DNA of 64,000 nt, from the NCBI RefSeq assembly GCF_009914755.1, contig NC_060926.1. One strand, 5' to 3'. This stretch comes from the human T2T-CHM13v2.0 reference genome, Homo sapiens. Every line of letters begins with the position of its first letter. Positions within the stretch are counted from its first letter, which is position 1. The notes under the pieces were generated by a model. The model saw only the letters and a program-made list of their open reading frames with translations, did no database searches and was not told the origin of the DNA. The translations under genes were made by a program, and so were the position numbers. Shown here one piece after another: positions 50,830-62,825 of the stretch.

Positions 50830-51226
50830 GAAGAGACTTTCCCACAGCGGTTCCCAGAGCCCTGGATGAGGCGTCCTCCAAAGGATTATGTCACCAAGTT
50901 TCTGCAGGTGATGAGTTTGGGAGCTGTTGGGTCAACTGAAGGTCATATATGTGAGTGTGTTGCAAATCTCCAGGGGGCTTTAGAATGTGGGGTTTTCTCA
51001 AACTGTTTAACAAGGCGGCTTTGTTTCCACGGTATGTCTCCTTGTCCTTGTGTTTCTCGCAATGTCCCTTGGGAAATGCTGGTCTAGACCACCGGGGTCA
51101 GGGGCTCGGGGAGGGAGGGCACTGCAGCGGAACGAGCCTGGACTGGGAGTCAGGAGGCTGGCCCGCCCAGCTCTGCCGGTGACACGGAAGTGACTCTGGG
51201 CAGCCCCTGATTTTTCTTGACTCCAC

Positions 51227-51760
51227 TGTCTTAGCCTAGGTCCTCCAGAAAACAGAGCCGTAAACCAGACTTCCCGCATCACTGCTTTAGTGGGATGGTG
51301 AACCCAGGGAAGGAGTGAGGGAACAGCCGGGCGCGGTGGCTCACGCCTATAATCCCAGCACTTTGGGAGCCGAGGTGGGCGGATCGCCTGAGCTCAGGAG
51401 TTTGAGACCAGCCTGGGCAACATGGCAAAATCCTGTCTCTACAAAAATACAAAAATTAGCCAGGTGTGGTGGTGTGTTCCTGTAGTCCCAGCTACTCGAG
51501 ACGTTAAGGTGTGGGGATTGCTTGAGCCCAAGGAGGTCAAGGCTACAGTGAGCTGAGATTGCACCACTGCACTCCAGCCTGGGTGACAGAGCAAGACCCT
51601 GTCTCAGAAGAAGAAGAAAAAAAAAAAGAGTGAGGAAGCAGAAGTGAGCCATGATGGGAGAGGCCAGAGCTGCCCCATCCAGCTGGCCCAGCTCCACAAC
51701 AACCTCAGCTGGTTGCTTGGTCCTTGGGGGACGCCTGCATCGTGGCAGGACCAAGCACCT
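51227..51760 (-). mobile_element. Old ERVL LTR (LTR33/16-like) interrupted by an Alu
   Basis: tgtcttagcctaggtcctccagaaaacagagcc...gaacccagggaagg, resuming after the Alu. Confidence 0.45.
51325..51627 (+). mobile_element. Full-length AluJb-like
   Basis: Dimeric Alu with ttgagcccaaggaggtcaaggctacagtgag; TSD-like gagtgagggaaca / gagtgaggaagca. Confidence 0.95.
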
Positions 51761-52232
51761 GCAGCTGCGGCAGGAACAGCGGGCCGTGTATCTGCTGGGG
51801 GCCGGCCACTGCCCTTTGCCTCCTTCTGCCCTCCATATTTTATCAGCCATGGTCTGGCCCATGGGATATCGACTGCCCCCTGCTCCTGGGCTGTGTTGCG
51901 GGCTGCTCCAGAGCCTCCGGGGGGCCCATCCAACCCTGGCACAGGCTTAGTAGTGGATCCTCTTCCATAGCTGTCATAAGAGGGGCCCTCAATTGGGGGG
52001 TGGAGGCCGCTCTGACAGCAGCAGGTGAGCCCAGTGACTATGGATTGCTGTGAGCTGTTGCTACGGTTGTCTCGCCTGGGATGAGCAGCCGAGGTGGGAG
52101 GGACTGAGTAGGCCCAGAGAATGCAGTGACTGGCCCAGGACAGTGTCCTTATCCCTGAATTATCAAGGTGTGAGAGGAGTCTCTGGGCTCCCTCCTGGCT
52201 GTAGCATTCTGGGAGTTGGTTGGATCTGTGTC

Positions 52233-52721
52233 TGTTATTGCTGCCCTGGGTTCTGGCAATCTTCCAGGACAGAAATCAAGAGAGATCACCAGACAAAGCA
52301 GCAAAGAGGACGAGAAAACTTTATTTTAGCTTGTGCACAAGAGGTCAGTACTACGAAAGGGAAGTGCAGGCGGGCCACTCCCTGAGAGTAGTCTGTGGGT
52401 TAATTTCACAGGGAAGGGTCTCACCAGGCCACGCATAGGAGGGGTTTGTCCAGCAGCTCTACATGCTTCTTCATACATCACATGTAACATTTGCATTTTA
52501 AATCTCCACCCCTAGACATGATTTTTAGCATTAAAATGAAGGAGGGGTCACTGCATATGTTGGATCCCGGGAAAGTCCCTAGCTTCCTAATGCAGGAGCT
52601 TCTGGGGTCTTTTGTTGCTGATTGGTTGGAAGCTAACGTAAGCCACAGCTTGAGTAAGGGGCTTTTGTCCTTTTTCTCTAAACCACATCGAAACAGGAAA
52701 CCCACTAGCCTGCCTGCCTCA
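52233..52721 (-). mobile_element. ERV1-class solo LTR (family not identified)
   Basis: Minus strand begins tgaggcagg and ends aataaca; AATAAA on the minus strand (tttatt ~52320); TSD-like tgtc/agtc. Confidence 0.65.
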
Positions 52722-52936
52722 AGTCCACCAGGAAAGTACCTTGGTGAAGGCCAGAAGCCCTCCTGTCTTTTCTTAGGAGGCGGGAGGCCTCCAGGGACTA
52801 GCACGGGCCTGCAAAGGCACCTCATTTATTCAGTGGACAGATAAGCACTTTTTAATGTTTCATGAAGAACAAAATGCAATTACCTTTCCCTGAAATTCTT
52901 ACCACCAGCTCTCACTTCCCAAGAGACAGCAGATCT

Positions 52937-53190
52937 CAGTGGTTAAGCTGAACCACTATTAAGTACGGAGCCAGAGGGCCCAGGTTGAAATCCTGGCTAT
53001 GCCACCTAATAGCTGGGTGACCTTGGGAAAATTACTTCTCTGTGTGCCTGAGCCTGTTCCCACTTTTAAATAGGGATGAGAATAGTACTCCCTTTATAGG
53101 ATTGTGGTGGGAATTAAGGGAGTCAATGATAAGTAAATCCTTTCAAACAGGACCTGGCATGTCCTTTGCAAATGCTATTGTAAGTATTTG
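52937..53190 (+). mobile_element. MIR
   Basis: agtggttaag...ggagccaga...gaaatcctggctatgccacctaatagctgggtgaccttggg...ataggattgtggtgggaattaa. Confidence 0.8.
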
Positions 53191-53310
53191 CTAAAGAAAT
53201 CTTGCTGATGGCACTGTTTTGAAGAAAAATAAAGGTTGACTGTTCCAGCAGTGCCCTCTTTCCTTTTGAAGGCAGAGGCAGATATCCCTGTGGAGGAGTG
53301 ACAGAGGGGA

Positions 53311-53650
53311 TGTATCAGTCAGGAATGGGCTAGTTTGTGTGTGGTAACAAACACACCTCAAGTCTTGGTGGCTCGAACTCCAGAGATCTCTCTGCCATTC
53401 ACTCTTCACATGTTGGTGAGGGGCTCAGGCTGACCCAGGGTTATTAATCCAGTGTGTCATGGGTTGTAGTTGCAGCTGGAGGGGTGGACACGGAGTCACT
53501 CTCGGGCCCTTAGGAAGGGACGTGCACACACCTCATTGGTCAAGGTGAGTCTGGCTGCTCCTGGCTTCCAGGTGCAGGGAGGTGCAATCCTCCTGCATGG
53601 CCAGTAGGGGCAGCAGCAGACACGCCTGTGAGCATCGTGAGGCTAATGTC
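53311..53650 (-). mobile_element. Old MLT1 (J/K-like) LTR fragment
   Basis: tgtatcagtcaggaatgggctag...gtaacaaacacacctcaagtcttggtggct...cattggtcaag. Confidence 0.55.
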
Positions 53651-55412
53651 CCCTGCCCCAGGTGCCCTTGCCCCAGCTGACCTGGCCTGAGGTCTGCACT
53701 GAGGGCCAATGGCTTGCACCATGACGGCCCTATGCCAAGGGCAGGCGAGTGGTGGGGCTGGCTCAGCAGCTGTGCTGGGGGCTCTGGATCCCAGCTCCCA
53801 AGCTTCTCCTCATCCCAAGGCCCTTCTCCCACTGTCTGTTACTTGGTTCAGGTAGCTGCGCCTATCACTGGCCCCGCTGACATCTCCCTGCTGGCGGACC
53901 TCCCTTGCGTTCCCTGTGCACACTGCCTGTCTGATAACACAAAGCTTATCCGAGCGCTTTTTTTTTCTTAAAACTCCCAATTGGCTGCGTGATGTGCTTT
54001 GTCCAACAGGGCCCCCCGCTGAGCCTCTTTGGGTCTCCCAGAGTTGGCCCTGCCTTCCCTGAGCCGGAAGTATCCCGCCAGCCTCCCTGTGCCCCATGCA
54101 CACTCACTCCCTGCCCTGCCCACTCATAGCCGCCAGCTCCCTCTGGCTACGTCACCCTCATCTTTCCAGTCCCACCTTCTGAGCTTATTGGATCTCATTC
54201 CCGGGCAGTCAAACCTGGGTCCAGCCCTCACTGCTTCCATCCTGCCCTGGCACGGTGTCAGACCTACCCCCTGGCTGGCTACACACTGTGCTGGAGATCA
54301 CAAGAGGACAGGAGACTGCAGCTCACATGCTGTCCCGAGGCCCGCATGGGCCAGGTAGGCTGTTGGCACGCCACCAATGCCAGCTGCTGGCTGAGCAGTT
54401 GGTCTGTCGGGTTCTGCTACTGCTTTTCTCGTCCTACCTGATGCCTGAGAAAGACAACTTTTCTGCTCCCTGCAATAGGTACCCCACACATTTTTGAAGT
54501 GCTAGATTTTTCTCTCTTGAAATGTCCTTCGCCCCTCCCACCAAGAACCCAAGTCTTACACAGTCTGAGCGCTGGGGTCATTGTGTCTGATTTCCGCAAG
54601 GGCTGTAATCAGTCCCCTCTGTGGTGCCTCTTCTGTCACTAGGGTTGCTGTTCAGGGCTCGTGGTCTAGTGTCCAACAGGCACACCGGCCCACCCAGAGG
54701 TGAGGTGCCTCCCGGGCTCCACTCCCAGGAGGCCTCTCGCCTTGTTGAGGCAGCACTTTCCACTCCCTCTGCACTAAGCTGGGTCAGGTTCACCCCCATG
54801 GATGCTCCCAGAGACCTTGGTCCCCAGTGCTGTCAAGCCCACACCCCGCCATCTCCAAGCCTGATCCTCCCGGGCCTATGAGGGTCAGCTCTGGGTAACG
54901 GGACCCAGAGCCACAGTCGGTCCCTTTTCTTACCTGAAGATTTGTGCCTGCAGGGGTCGGGCAGAATTTCCTTTTCTCTTCCCCCCAACTTTTCAAACCT
55001 GCAGAAAGGTTGAAAAAATGAAACAGTGAAGGCTGAGATTGCCCAATGGTGAGCACTTTGGCCAGATTTTCTTTCTCAATCTGAGAGCATAGAGTTTCTG
55101 ATCATGCCTTTTTCCTGGGCAATGGCGCCCCCTTCTCACCCTCTTCTAGGTCAGTGCCCCATACTGGTCTGAGGGGATCCGCATTCCCGGGACGCCAGCT
55201 GTCCAGGACCACCTCCCTCCACGTGCTTGTCTCTGTCTCCATGCCGTGTTGTTCTCTCCTTCCTGAGTTTTCTTTCCCGGGTGCTCAGTCCTTTTCTCTC
55301 CTCCTCCCCTTCTTAGGGACATCTTTTGAGTGTTCTGTACCAGGCAGTGTCTCCCCTCACTCACTTCTTCAGTCACTTCCCTGTCTCCAAAGGGCTTACC
55401 ACCTTTCCTCAC

Positions 55413-55706
55413 TTCTTTTCTTCTTTTTATAAGAGCGTCCGCTGTGTCGCCCAGGCTGGAGTGCAGTGGTGTGATCTCAGCTCACTGCAGCCTCTGCCTT
55501 CTGGGTTCAAGTGATTCTCCCTCAGCCTCCCCAGTAGTTGGGACTACAGGTGCGAACCACCATGCCCAGCTAATTTTTGTACTTTTAGTAGAGACAGGGT
55601 TTCACCATGTTGGCCAGGCTGGTCCCAAACTCCTGGCCTTAAGTGACCCACCCACCTCGACCTGCCAAAGTGCTGGGATTACAGGCGTGAGCTACCATGC
55701 CCAGCC
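55413..55706 (-). mobile_element. AluS (Sx/Sz-like)
   Basis: Antisense dimeric Alu; TSD-like cctcacttcttt / ccttatttcttt. Confidence 0.93.
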
Positions 55707-55729
55707 CCTTATTTCTTTTAAAACTCCTT

Positions 55730-56920
55730 ATTCTCTTTCTATTCTTCAATCTCAATCGATGTCCTCACTTCTAATTTGGAAGACTTCGTTATCAATAAAA
55801 CGCCCTCATCTCCCAGTTTGCAAACCCACTGGCATCTATACCCACGCATGCTTCCTGCCTGTTGAGGATGAGCTACCCCTGCCAAGGACGAGCCCCCTTT
55901 TCACACGTGCCTCACCTCAAGAACTTTGCTCCTCAGTCACCTACATCATCACGTTTTCTTTGGTCTTGGATCTTGCACATTACCTTAAAGACATGCATAA
56001 CAGTTAAACACACCTTCTCTTAATACCCCTCCTCCTTCAGCCGCTGCGGCATTCTCCCGTGTCCCTTTAGCCGCTGCCCCATTCCCCTGCATCCTTCAGC
56101 CGCTGCCCTATTCCCCTGCGTCCCTTCAGCCGCTGCCCCATTCCCCTGCGTCCCTTCAGCTGCTGCACCATTCCCCTCTGTCCCTTTAGCTGCTGCCCCA
56201 TTCCCCTGCTTCCCTTAAGCCGCTGCCCCATTCCCCTGTGTCCCTTTAGCAACATTTCTTGCAAGTGTTCCTGATCTTCCTCACCTCTCTCCACTTCTTC
56301 ACTTCCCACCCATTCCTCAAGCCAGTCTAATTGGCTTCCACAGCCTCAGGGCCACTAAAACTGCTGTCAAGGTCAGTAGTGATCTTCCCGCCAGCTTCAA
56401 GGGTGAATTCTCACCTTTATCCCACTCACCCTCTCAGCATCTTTGGTCACAGCCTTTTCTTGAAACCTTTCCTTTGCTTCAAGGACACCCCCCCACCGCA
56501 GTTTCTCCTCTCTGCCCTCTCCCCTCCGAGTCCATGCAGGTGGCTCCTCCTCCTCCTCCAGCCTCTCCAAGTTAGTGTGTCCCGAGCTCAGCCCTTGGCT
56601 CTTCTCTGCTCCAGCTATGTCCATTCTCTGGGAGACTTCACCCAGCCCGTGGTGTAATACAGCATCAGCACAGTGATGACTCCTGAATTTACATGAACTT
56701 TCCTCCTGAACTCCAAACTCAGATGCTAAATCGTCTACTCTCCATCACCAACTCAATGTCCAACTGACATCTCAAACTTAAAATATTCAACTTTGAATGC
56801 TTGATTTCCACCCCTGAATAAAACCCCACTCTCTCCTCCGTGGTCCAACCACAGCACCAGTCAGCTAGTGCTCAGGGCCACGATCTTGGAGTCAGTCTTG
56901 ACTCCTCTTTCCTCTCCCAC
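55730..56920 (+). mobile_element. L2 fragment (RT region); resumes at ~58305-58480
   Basis: ccactaaaactgctgtcaaggtca...ctctcagcatctttggtcacag...gatgactcctgaatttac...cctgaactccaaactc. Confidence 0.75.
56034..56250. repeat. 30-bp VNTR, ~7 copies
   Basis: ccttcagccgctgccccattcccctgcgtc-type units. Confidence 0.93.
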
Positions 56921-56921
56921 C

Positions 56922-58300
56922 TATAGTTTCCACTACCCGTTGCTATGCAACAAACTATGCCCAAATTTAGTGGCTTACAGCCTAGCATCCATTCATTATC
57001 TCTTGAATCCTGTGGGTTGATTGGGCTCAGCTGGGTGGTTCTTTAGTTTCTTGTGGTTTTGGCTGGAGCTGCAGTCACCTGGAGGATCACCTGGGCTGGA
57101 ATCTCCAGGATGGTTCACCTCATGGCTGGCAGTTGGTGCTGGCTTTCAGCTGGGGGCTCAGCTGGAGCTGAGTTCCTGGTGGTCTTCCATATGGCCTTTC
57201 CACATGGCTTGGCTTCTTTATGGGAAGAGTGTCAGAGAATGTGGAGCCATCTTAAATCCAGCACAGTCTTCTCTATGACCACAGATTATTTATATCTCTC
57301 CTAAGCAAAGTCCTTTCATTCTATCCCATTACAGCATCAGACTCAGGCTTGAGGTCCAGGATCTCATCTCTAAATCAGGTCCAGATATGGGTGGGGCTCC
57401 TTGGTTGAAGCTACTTGGATGCTGCTCCTCTACATTAGGAAACTACAAAGACAATACTTGCCATAGTTAAATAACAGCCAGTATGTATTTTCTCTCATGA
57501 CTCTTTGGGTTGATTAGGCTTAGCCAGCTGATTCTTCTGTTCCACTTAGTATTGGGAGGGCTGTAATTGTCTGAAGGCTGGGACATTCATTCACATTGCT
57601 GGAAGTTGGTGTTGGCTGTTGGCTGGGAGCTCAGCAAGGGCTATCAATCAGAGTTCCCTGGTTCTGCTCCAGGTGGCCTCTCCATCTTGGTGGCTGCATT
57701 CCAAGAACAAAGGTGAAAACTACAGATCTTAGGGCCCAACCTTGGAATGTATGCAGTGTCACTTCTGTCACAGTTTATTGGTCAAACATGGAGCCAACCC
57801 AGATTCAAGGAGAAGGGAAGAAGACTCCATCACTGTATTAGTCGGTTTTGCATTGCTGTGAAGGGATACTGGAGACTGGGTAATTTATAAAGGAAAAAGG
57901 TTTATTTGGCTCACAGTTCTGCAGACTGTACAAGAAGTGTGGTGCTGACACCTGCTTCTGGTAAGGCCTCAGGAAGCTTCCAATCGTGTAAGGTGAAGGA
58001 GAAGCAGGTGCATCACATGGCAAGAGAGGGAACAAGAGAGTGAGGGGTGGGGGAGATGCCACGTTTTAAAACAACCAGCTCTTGCCTAGAGGAAAAGAGT
58101 GAGAACTTACCCATCACCAAGGGGAAGGTGCGAAGCCATTCATGAGGGATCCGCCGCCATGACCCAGACACCTCCCACTGGCCCCCTTCCAACACGGGGG
58201 ATCACACTTCATTGCAAGATTTGGAGGGGACAAACATTCAAACCGTATCAGTCACTTGGATGGAAGAAATGGCAAAGAATTTGTAGTCATTTTTAACCTA
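56922..58300 (-). mobile_element. MLT1(G/H-like) element remnants (two LTR pieces) interrupted by MSTB
   Basis: ttgctatgcaacaaactatgcccaaatttagtggctta...catggctggcagttggtgctggct; second piece at ~57460-57833 and 58251-58300. Confidence 0.65.
57834..58250 (-). mobile_element. MSTB-like solo LTR
   Basis: tgtattagtcggttttgcattgctg ... gatttggaggggacaaacattcaaaccgtatca; TSD-like atcac/gtcac. Confidence 0.9.
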
Positions 58301-59056
58301 CCACATAAACTGTCAGTAAATCTTTTCAGTTTCACATTCAAAATATAGATGTAATTATAACTCTCGTTTTTTTCACTACATCCACCTGTCACCCTAACCC
58401 AAATTATCAACAATTCTAGCTTGGAGCATTGCAACGGCCTCCTAGTGTTCACCCCACCTCTTCCTTGCCACCGTACCCCCATCCCTACACAGCACATGTA
58501 CCTGGAGATTGGCTGGGACTCTGATGGTCTCACTTGAGGTCAGAGTGTCTCCAGGTGTGCTCTGTGCACCTCCTCATCCTGGGACTGCTGGCTGCCCAGG
58601 GCGTGTTCCTCTCCCGGCAGAAGTGCAAGAACCACTTACATCCTCTGCTACCCTCATGCCTGCTTGCACCCCGGTGGCCAAAGCCAGTCACACAACCCAG
58701 TCCAGCACGAACAGGATGGGGAAGATGTACTCCTCCACGGATGAGTGGAGTCATGGCAGGGCAGGGGAGGAAGAGAAGAACGTGGACAAGCAGTACAGCC
58801 CAGCACAGACTGCATTTAGATTTGCTTATTCCAGCAGTCAGTGCTATGTCAACTATCTGATATGTCCACACATCTCTCTATATATTTCCCTCTTTTTCAT
58901 GTCTCTGTCTCTGTCTAATGCCAATGTCACCCAGTATCCATAGAGTTAGGGACTAGATACACAGTTCTACTGACTGACAGTTTTCTAGGCAGCAACAAGT
59001 ATATAAACTCTTGAGAATGTTTGTGCCATTTGACTCAGTAATTCCACTTCTACTTA

Positions 59057-59360
59057 TTTTTTTTTATTTTTTTTATTTTTTTGAGATGGAGTCTCACTCT
59101 GTTGCCCAGGCTAGAGTGCAGTGGTGCAATCTCGGCTCATTGCAACCTCCGCCTCCCAGGTTCAAGCAATTCTCTGCCTCAGCCTCTTGAGTAGCTGGTA
59201 TTACAGGCGCCCTTAACCTTCCCTGCTAATTTTTGTATTTTTAGTAGAGATGGGTTTTCACCATCTTGGCCAGGCTGGTGTTGAACTCCTGACCTCATGA
59301 TCTACCCGCCTCGGCGTCCCAAAGTGCTGGGATTACAGGCGTGAGCCACCGCGCCAGGCC
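59057..59360 (-). mobile_element. Full-length Alu (AluSg-like)
   Basis: Antisense Alu with aattctctgcc and caccatcttggcc variants; TSD tctactta at 59049 and 59361. Confidence 0.96.
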
Positions 59361-60528
59361 TCTACTTACTTATTTTTAAAAAACAATCAGAGACACACAG
59401 ACATTAACATGCCAGTAGGTTCCTGGCCTCGTTGTTAACAATAGGAAAAATCTGGAAACAACTTCTTCATTCTCACTGCACTGCTTGGCATTTTCCTTCT
59501 GTGTGTCTGGGTTTTCTTGCAATGTGCAATTAATTGAGTACAGGAAGAACTCCTGAGATGCAGATTTTCTTGATTTGTTCATTTCTTCCTTCACTTACTT
59601 TTGCTTAGTGAGGGCATTTTCCTGAGCACTTACTATGTACTACATGCCAGATATTAAAAAGTGTTATGGAGTCTCAGGAACTTATGTTTAGAGTGAGGGA
59701 GACTTTTAATAAGTAGGTAAGCAGCCAGTAACATGCATACTTGTAATTTGTGATAAATGCTATAAAGGAAAGACAATGCACAGTAAAAACGATGGGACCT
59801 CACCTAGGTCGTGTGCTCAGGGCTGGCCACCCTGAGGAGGTAGCATTGAGGTTAACTCATAAAAACTTTTCCCAACCATAGTAAGACCAGAGGAAAGCAT
59901 GACCGGCAGAGGAGGCAGGGCGTGCCAAGGTCCTGGGGCAGCACAGACCTGGGTGTGGGGGAGAAGCCGAAAGGGCTGGGGGCAGTTCTGCAGAGTGATG
60001 TCCATTCCTGGCAATTATCTTTTATCTGAGGACACTTGCCTGGAGACCCTGCAGCCATGAGCATGGTCCAAGATCCCTGCCTCAAGGAAGGGAGCCCTCC
60101 TAGGACAATGGAAAACAAAGGAGCCTATTTTCAGCATTTGGACTTCAAAATCAACTTTTGAAACTTCCCACATGAGATAGTATATTGATAACAGGTTTTT
60201 GCCGTCTTAGAAGGTTAAATTTTTCTGTCCCCAATGTTATGAACATATTCACACAATAAACAACAGTTTTGGAAGAATGCAGGATGAATGTGAGGCAGTT
60301 TGTCCACCTTAAAACTTGATACACACTCCACAGGCTGGGGAGAGAGAGAAGATTCAGAGCAAAAGCAAATGAACCAGGACATGAAAACAGGGCGTGGGTC
60401 CTGCCCAAGGCACCGTCTTCCAGAGGGAGCTGAAGACTGTCATGGAGGCCCTGCAGAGGTGGAAGAAAACCATTTTATAACCTCAGTGGACCACCCATTT
60501 CCAGCCTACAAAAGAGGTGGAGAGGCTG

Positions 60529-60606
60529 AGGAGAGATGGTTGGAGACTGGAAGGAGGAGAGATGGTTGGAGACTGGAAGGAGGAGAGATGGTTGGAGACT
60601 GGAAGG
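60529..60606. repeat. 26-bp perfect tandem repeat, 3 copies
   Basis: aggagagatggttggagactggaagg x3. Confidence 0.95.
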
Positions 60607-61609
60607 CGATTCCTTTGAAGAGTGCCGTGCAGGGATTGGGGAGCCCTTCCCTGGAGGAGGGTTTCATTCTGACTCTGGTTCCAGGGCGGCACTGGAGATG
60701 ACTCCCCTGTACTTGGGAGACACTGAGACAGGCTGGAGCTGCAGAGTGGGGCCTTCATCTGGGAAACACTGCATCCCCAGAGTGCTTTGGGGCAGGTGGA
60801 GTGCCCACGTGCAGGCCCCATACCATGAGAGAGCTGGCTTGGAGTCAACTGACGTCCTATCCACCAGGGGCCACCCAGAGGCTGGAAAGACCTGGGCAGA
60901 CAGGAACTAGAGATGGGGCCACCAGCCTAGGGCTAAGGGAGGGATGAGCCACACTGGCCTTGGCCAAGAGACTGAGATGAGAGATCCAGTAAAGGAATGG
61001 GAGGGAGATATCGGTGAACTCACCAAAGGTGAAGCCTTGGATTCAAGCTCCAAGCACTCTGACCCTATGTCCACAGGACAGGCCAGCCAGGAAGGACTGT
61101 TCCTGGGCCCCTCTGTCTCCTCCCTCCCCCGACCCCTTAGACCTGGCAGGAGCCTTCTCTGCTTCCATCATCTTCCTCCTCGTACACATCCTCACCCTGC
61201 CCTGAGGAATTCATACTCATTCTTTGGGACTGAGCTTGGCCGTCAGTTCTAGAGACCTTTTCCAATTTCTCAGAGTCAGGCTTCTGCTCTAAGGCTTCCT
61301 AAGTCTGCCATGTTTGCCTCAATACATCACGTTATCCTACAGATGCCTGCGGACCTGTGCATGTCCCTCACTGGATTATAGACTCAGCGGACAGACAGGA
61401 TTGCCTGTGGCTGAAACATGGGAGGCAGTGACATTTACTTTTTAAAAGACTGAGTGGTCGAAGGGGGTGTGATGAAATACCTTCATACCATTAGTAACAT
61501 GTGGCCCATTAAAATCATGCCTTAGAAAAATATGTAGCAACACTAGAAAAGTTTCCTTCTATATACAATGCTGAATGTGGTGATTTCTACAGCAGTCTGC
61601 ATTTACAAG

Positions 61610-62430
61610 AAGGACTAAAATGAAAGACTGACAACACCCAATGCCAGCAAGGCTGGGGATGCAGGATGCAAACACCCTTGTTGTGGGCGAGTACCTGGTG
61701 CAGTCACTTTGGGAAAGTTCTGGTGGCTTCTTATTATTTGACCCAATGATCCTCTGCTAGGTATTGATCCAAAGAAAGAAAAACATGCATTCACAAAAAA
61801 ACATGTACAAAAATGACCACAGCCATTTTGTTCATCAGTGCCCCAAACTGGAAACAGCTCAGGCATACATCACTAGTTACCTGGATGCGCAGGTTGGGGC
61901 ATAGCCCTGCAACGGGATACTCCTTTGTGGAACAAGGTGTGACCTGTTGATACGTACAACATAGATGGACCTCAAACTATTATGCTGATTGGAAGAAGCC
62001 TTACATACAAGTTACATACTTATGGTCCAATTATATAGTCTTCTAGAATAGCCAAAACTATTTTATGGTAAAATAAATCAGACCAGTGATTGTCTTTGTG
62101 GAATGCAAGAGAGGATTGGCCGGGAAGGGTGAAGTGCTATTCTATGGCTCGACAGAAGTTGGCTCACACATTTGTCAAAACTCAGCAAATACACATGTAA
62201 GATTTGTACATTGTATATAAATTTTACATCAAAAGAAAATTATTGAATTATAATTAATGCTAAGCATGCGGAGGTGTTTAGAAGTGCACGAATATCTGTA
62301 ATTTACTTTGAGTTGCATAACAAAGAAGATGGATTAGTGCATGGCTAGAGGGGTGGATGGATGGATAACTGGTAAAGCCAGTGTAGTTAAGATGTGAGTG
62401 GTAACTGAGGGAGAGTATCTGGGTAGTCAC
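61610..62430 (+). mobile_element. Old L1 (L1MC/ME-like) ORF2 end and 3' UTR
   Basis: aaagactgacaacacccaatgccagcaagg...ggtgcagtcactttggg...ccccaaactggaaaca...tttgtcaaaactca. Confidence 0.75.
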
Positions 62431-62825
62431 TGTGCATGAATTTGCTGTGGTTGTTGTAATACATTAGAGCAACAGATGGTTGTGGTGGCTTAAAACAACA
62501 GAAATTGATTCTCATTCTGCGGACCAGAAGTCTGCAAGGCCACATTCCTTCCAGAGGCTTTAGGGGAGCATGTTTCCTGCGTCTTCCAGCTTTTGCTGGC
62601 TGCTGGCATTCCTTGACTTGTGCTCACATCACCTTTTCCTCTGTATCAAATCTCTCTCTGCCCCTTTCTTACAAGGATACTTTGTGATTGCATGTAAAGC
62701 CCACTTGTATAATCCAGGTTAAGTCCCAAGCCCCATCCCAAGATCCTTAACTTAATCACGACTGCATGAACCCTTTTTCCAAATAAGGTAAGATTTATAG
62801 GGATCCACAAATTAGGACCTTAGTG
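62431..62825 (-). mobile_element. MLT1C/D-like LTR fragment
   Basis: ggtggcttaaaacaacagaaattgattctc...cttccagaggctttagggga...aagatccttaacttaatcac. Confidence 0.75.

Noticed and set aside
55330-56007. Longest ORF in the window (225 aa), and similar ORFs at 6254-6676 and 51347-51862
   Set aside because: They read through antisense Alu sequence (typical SPRLECSG... Alu translation)
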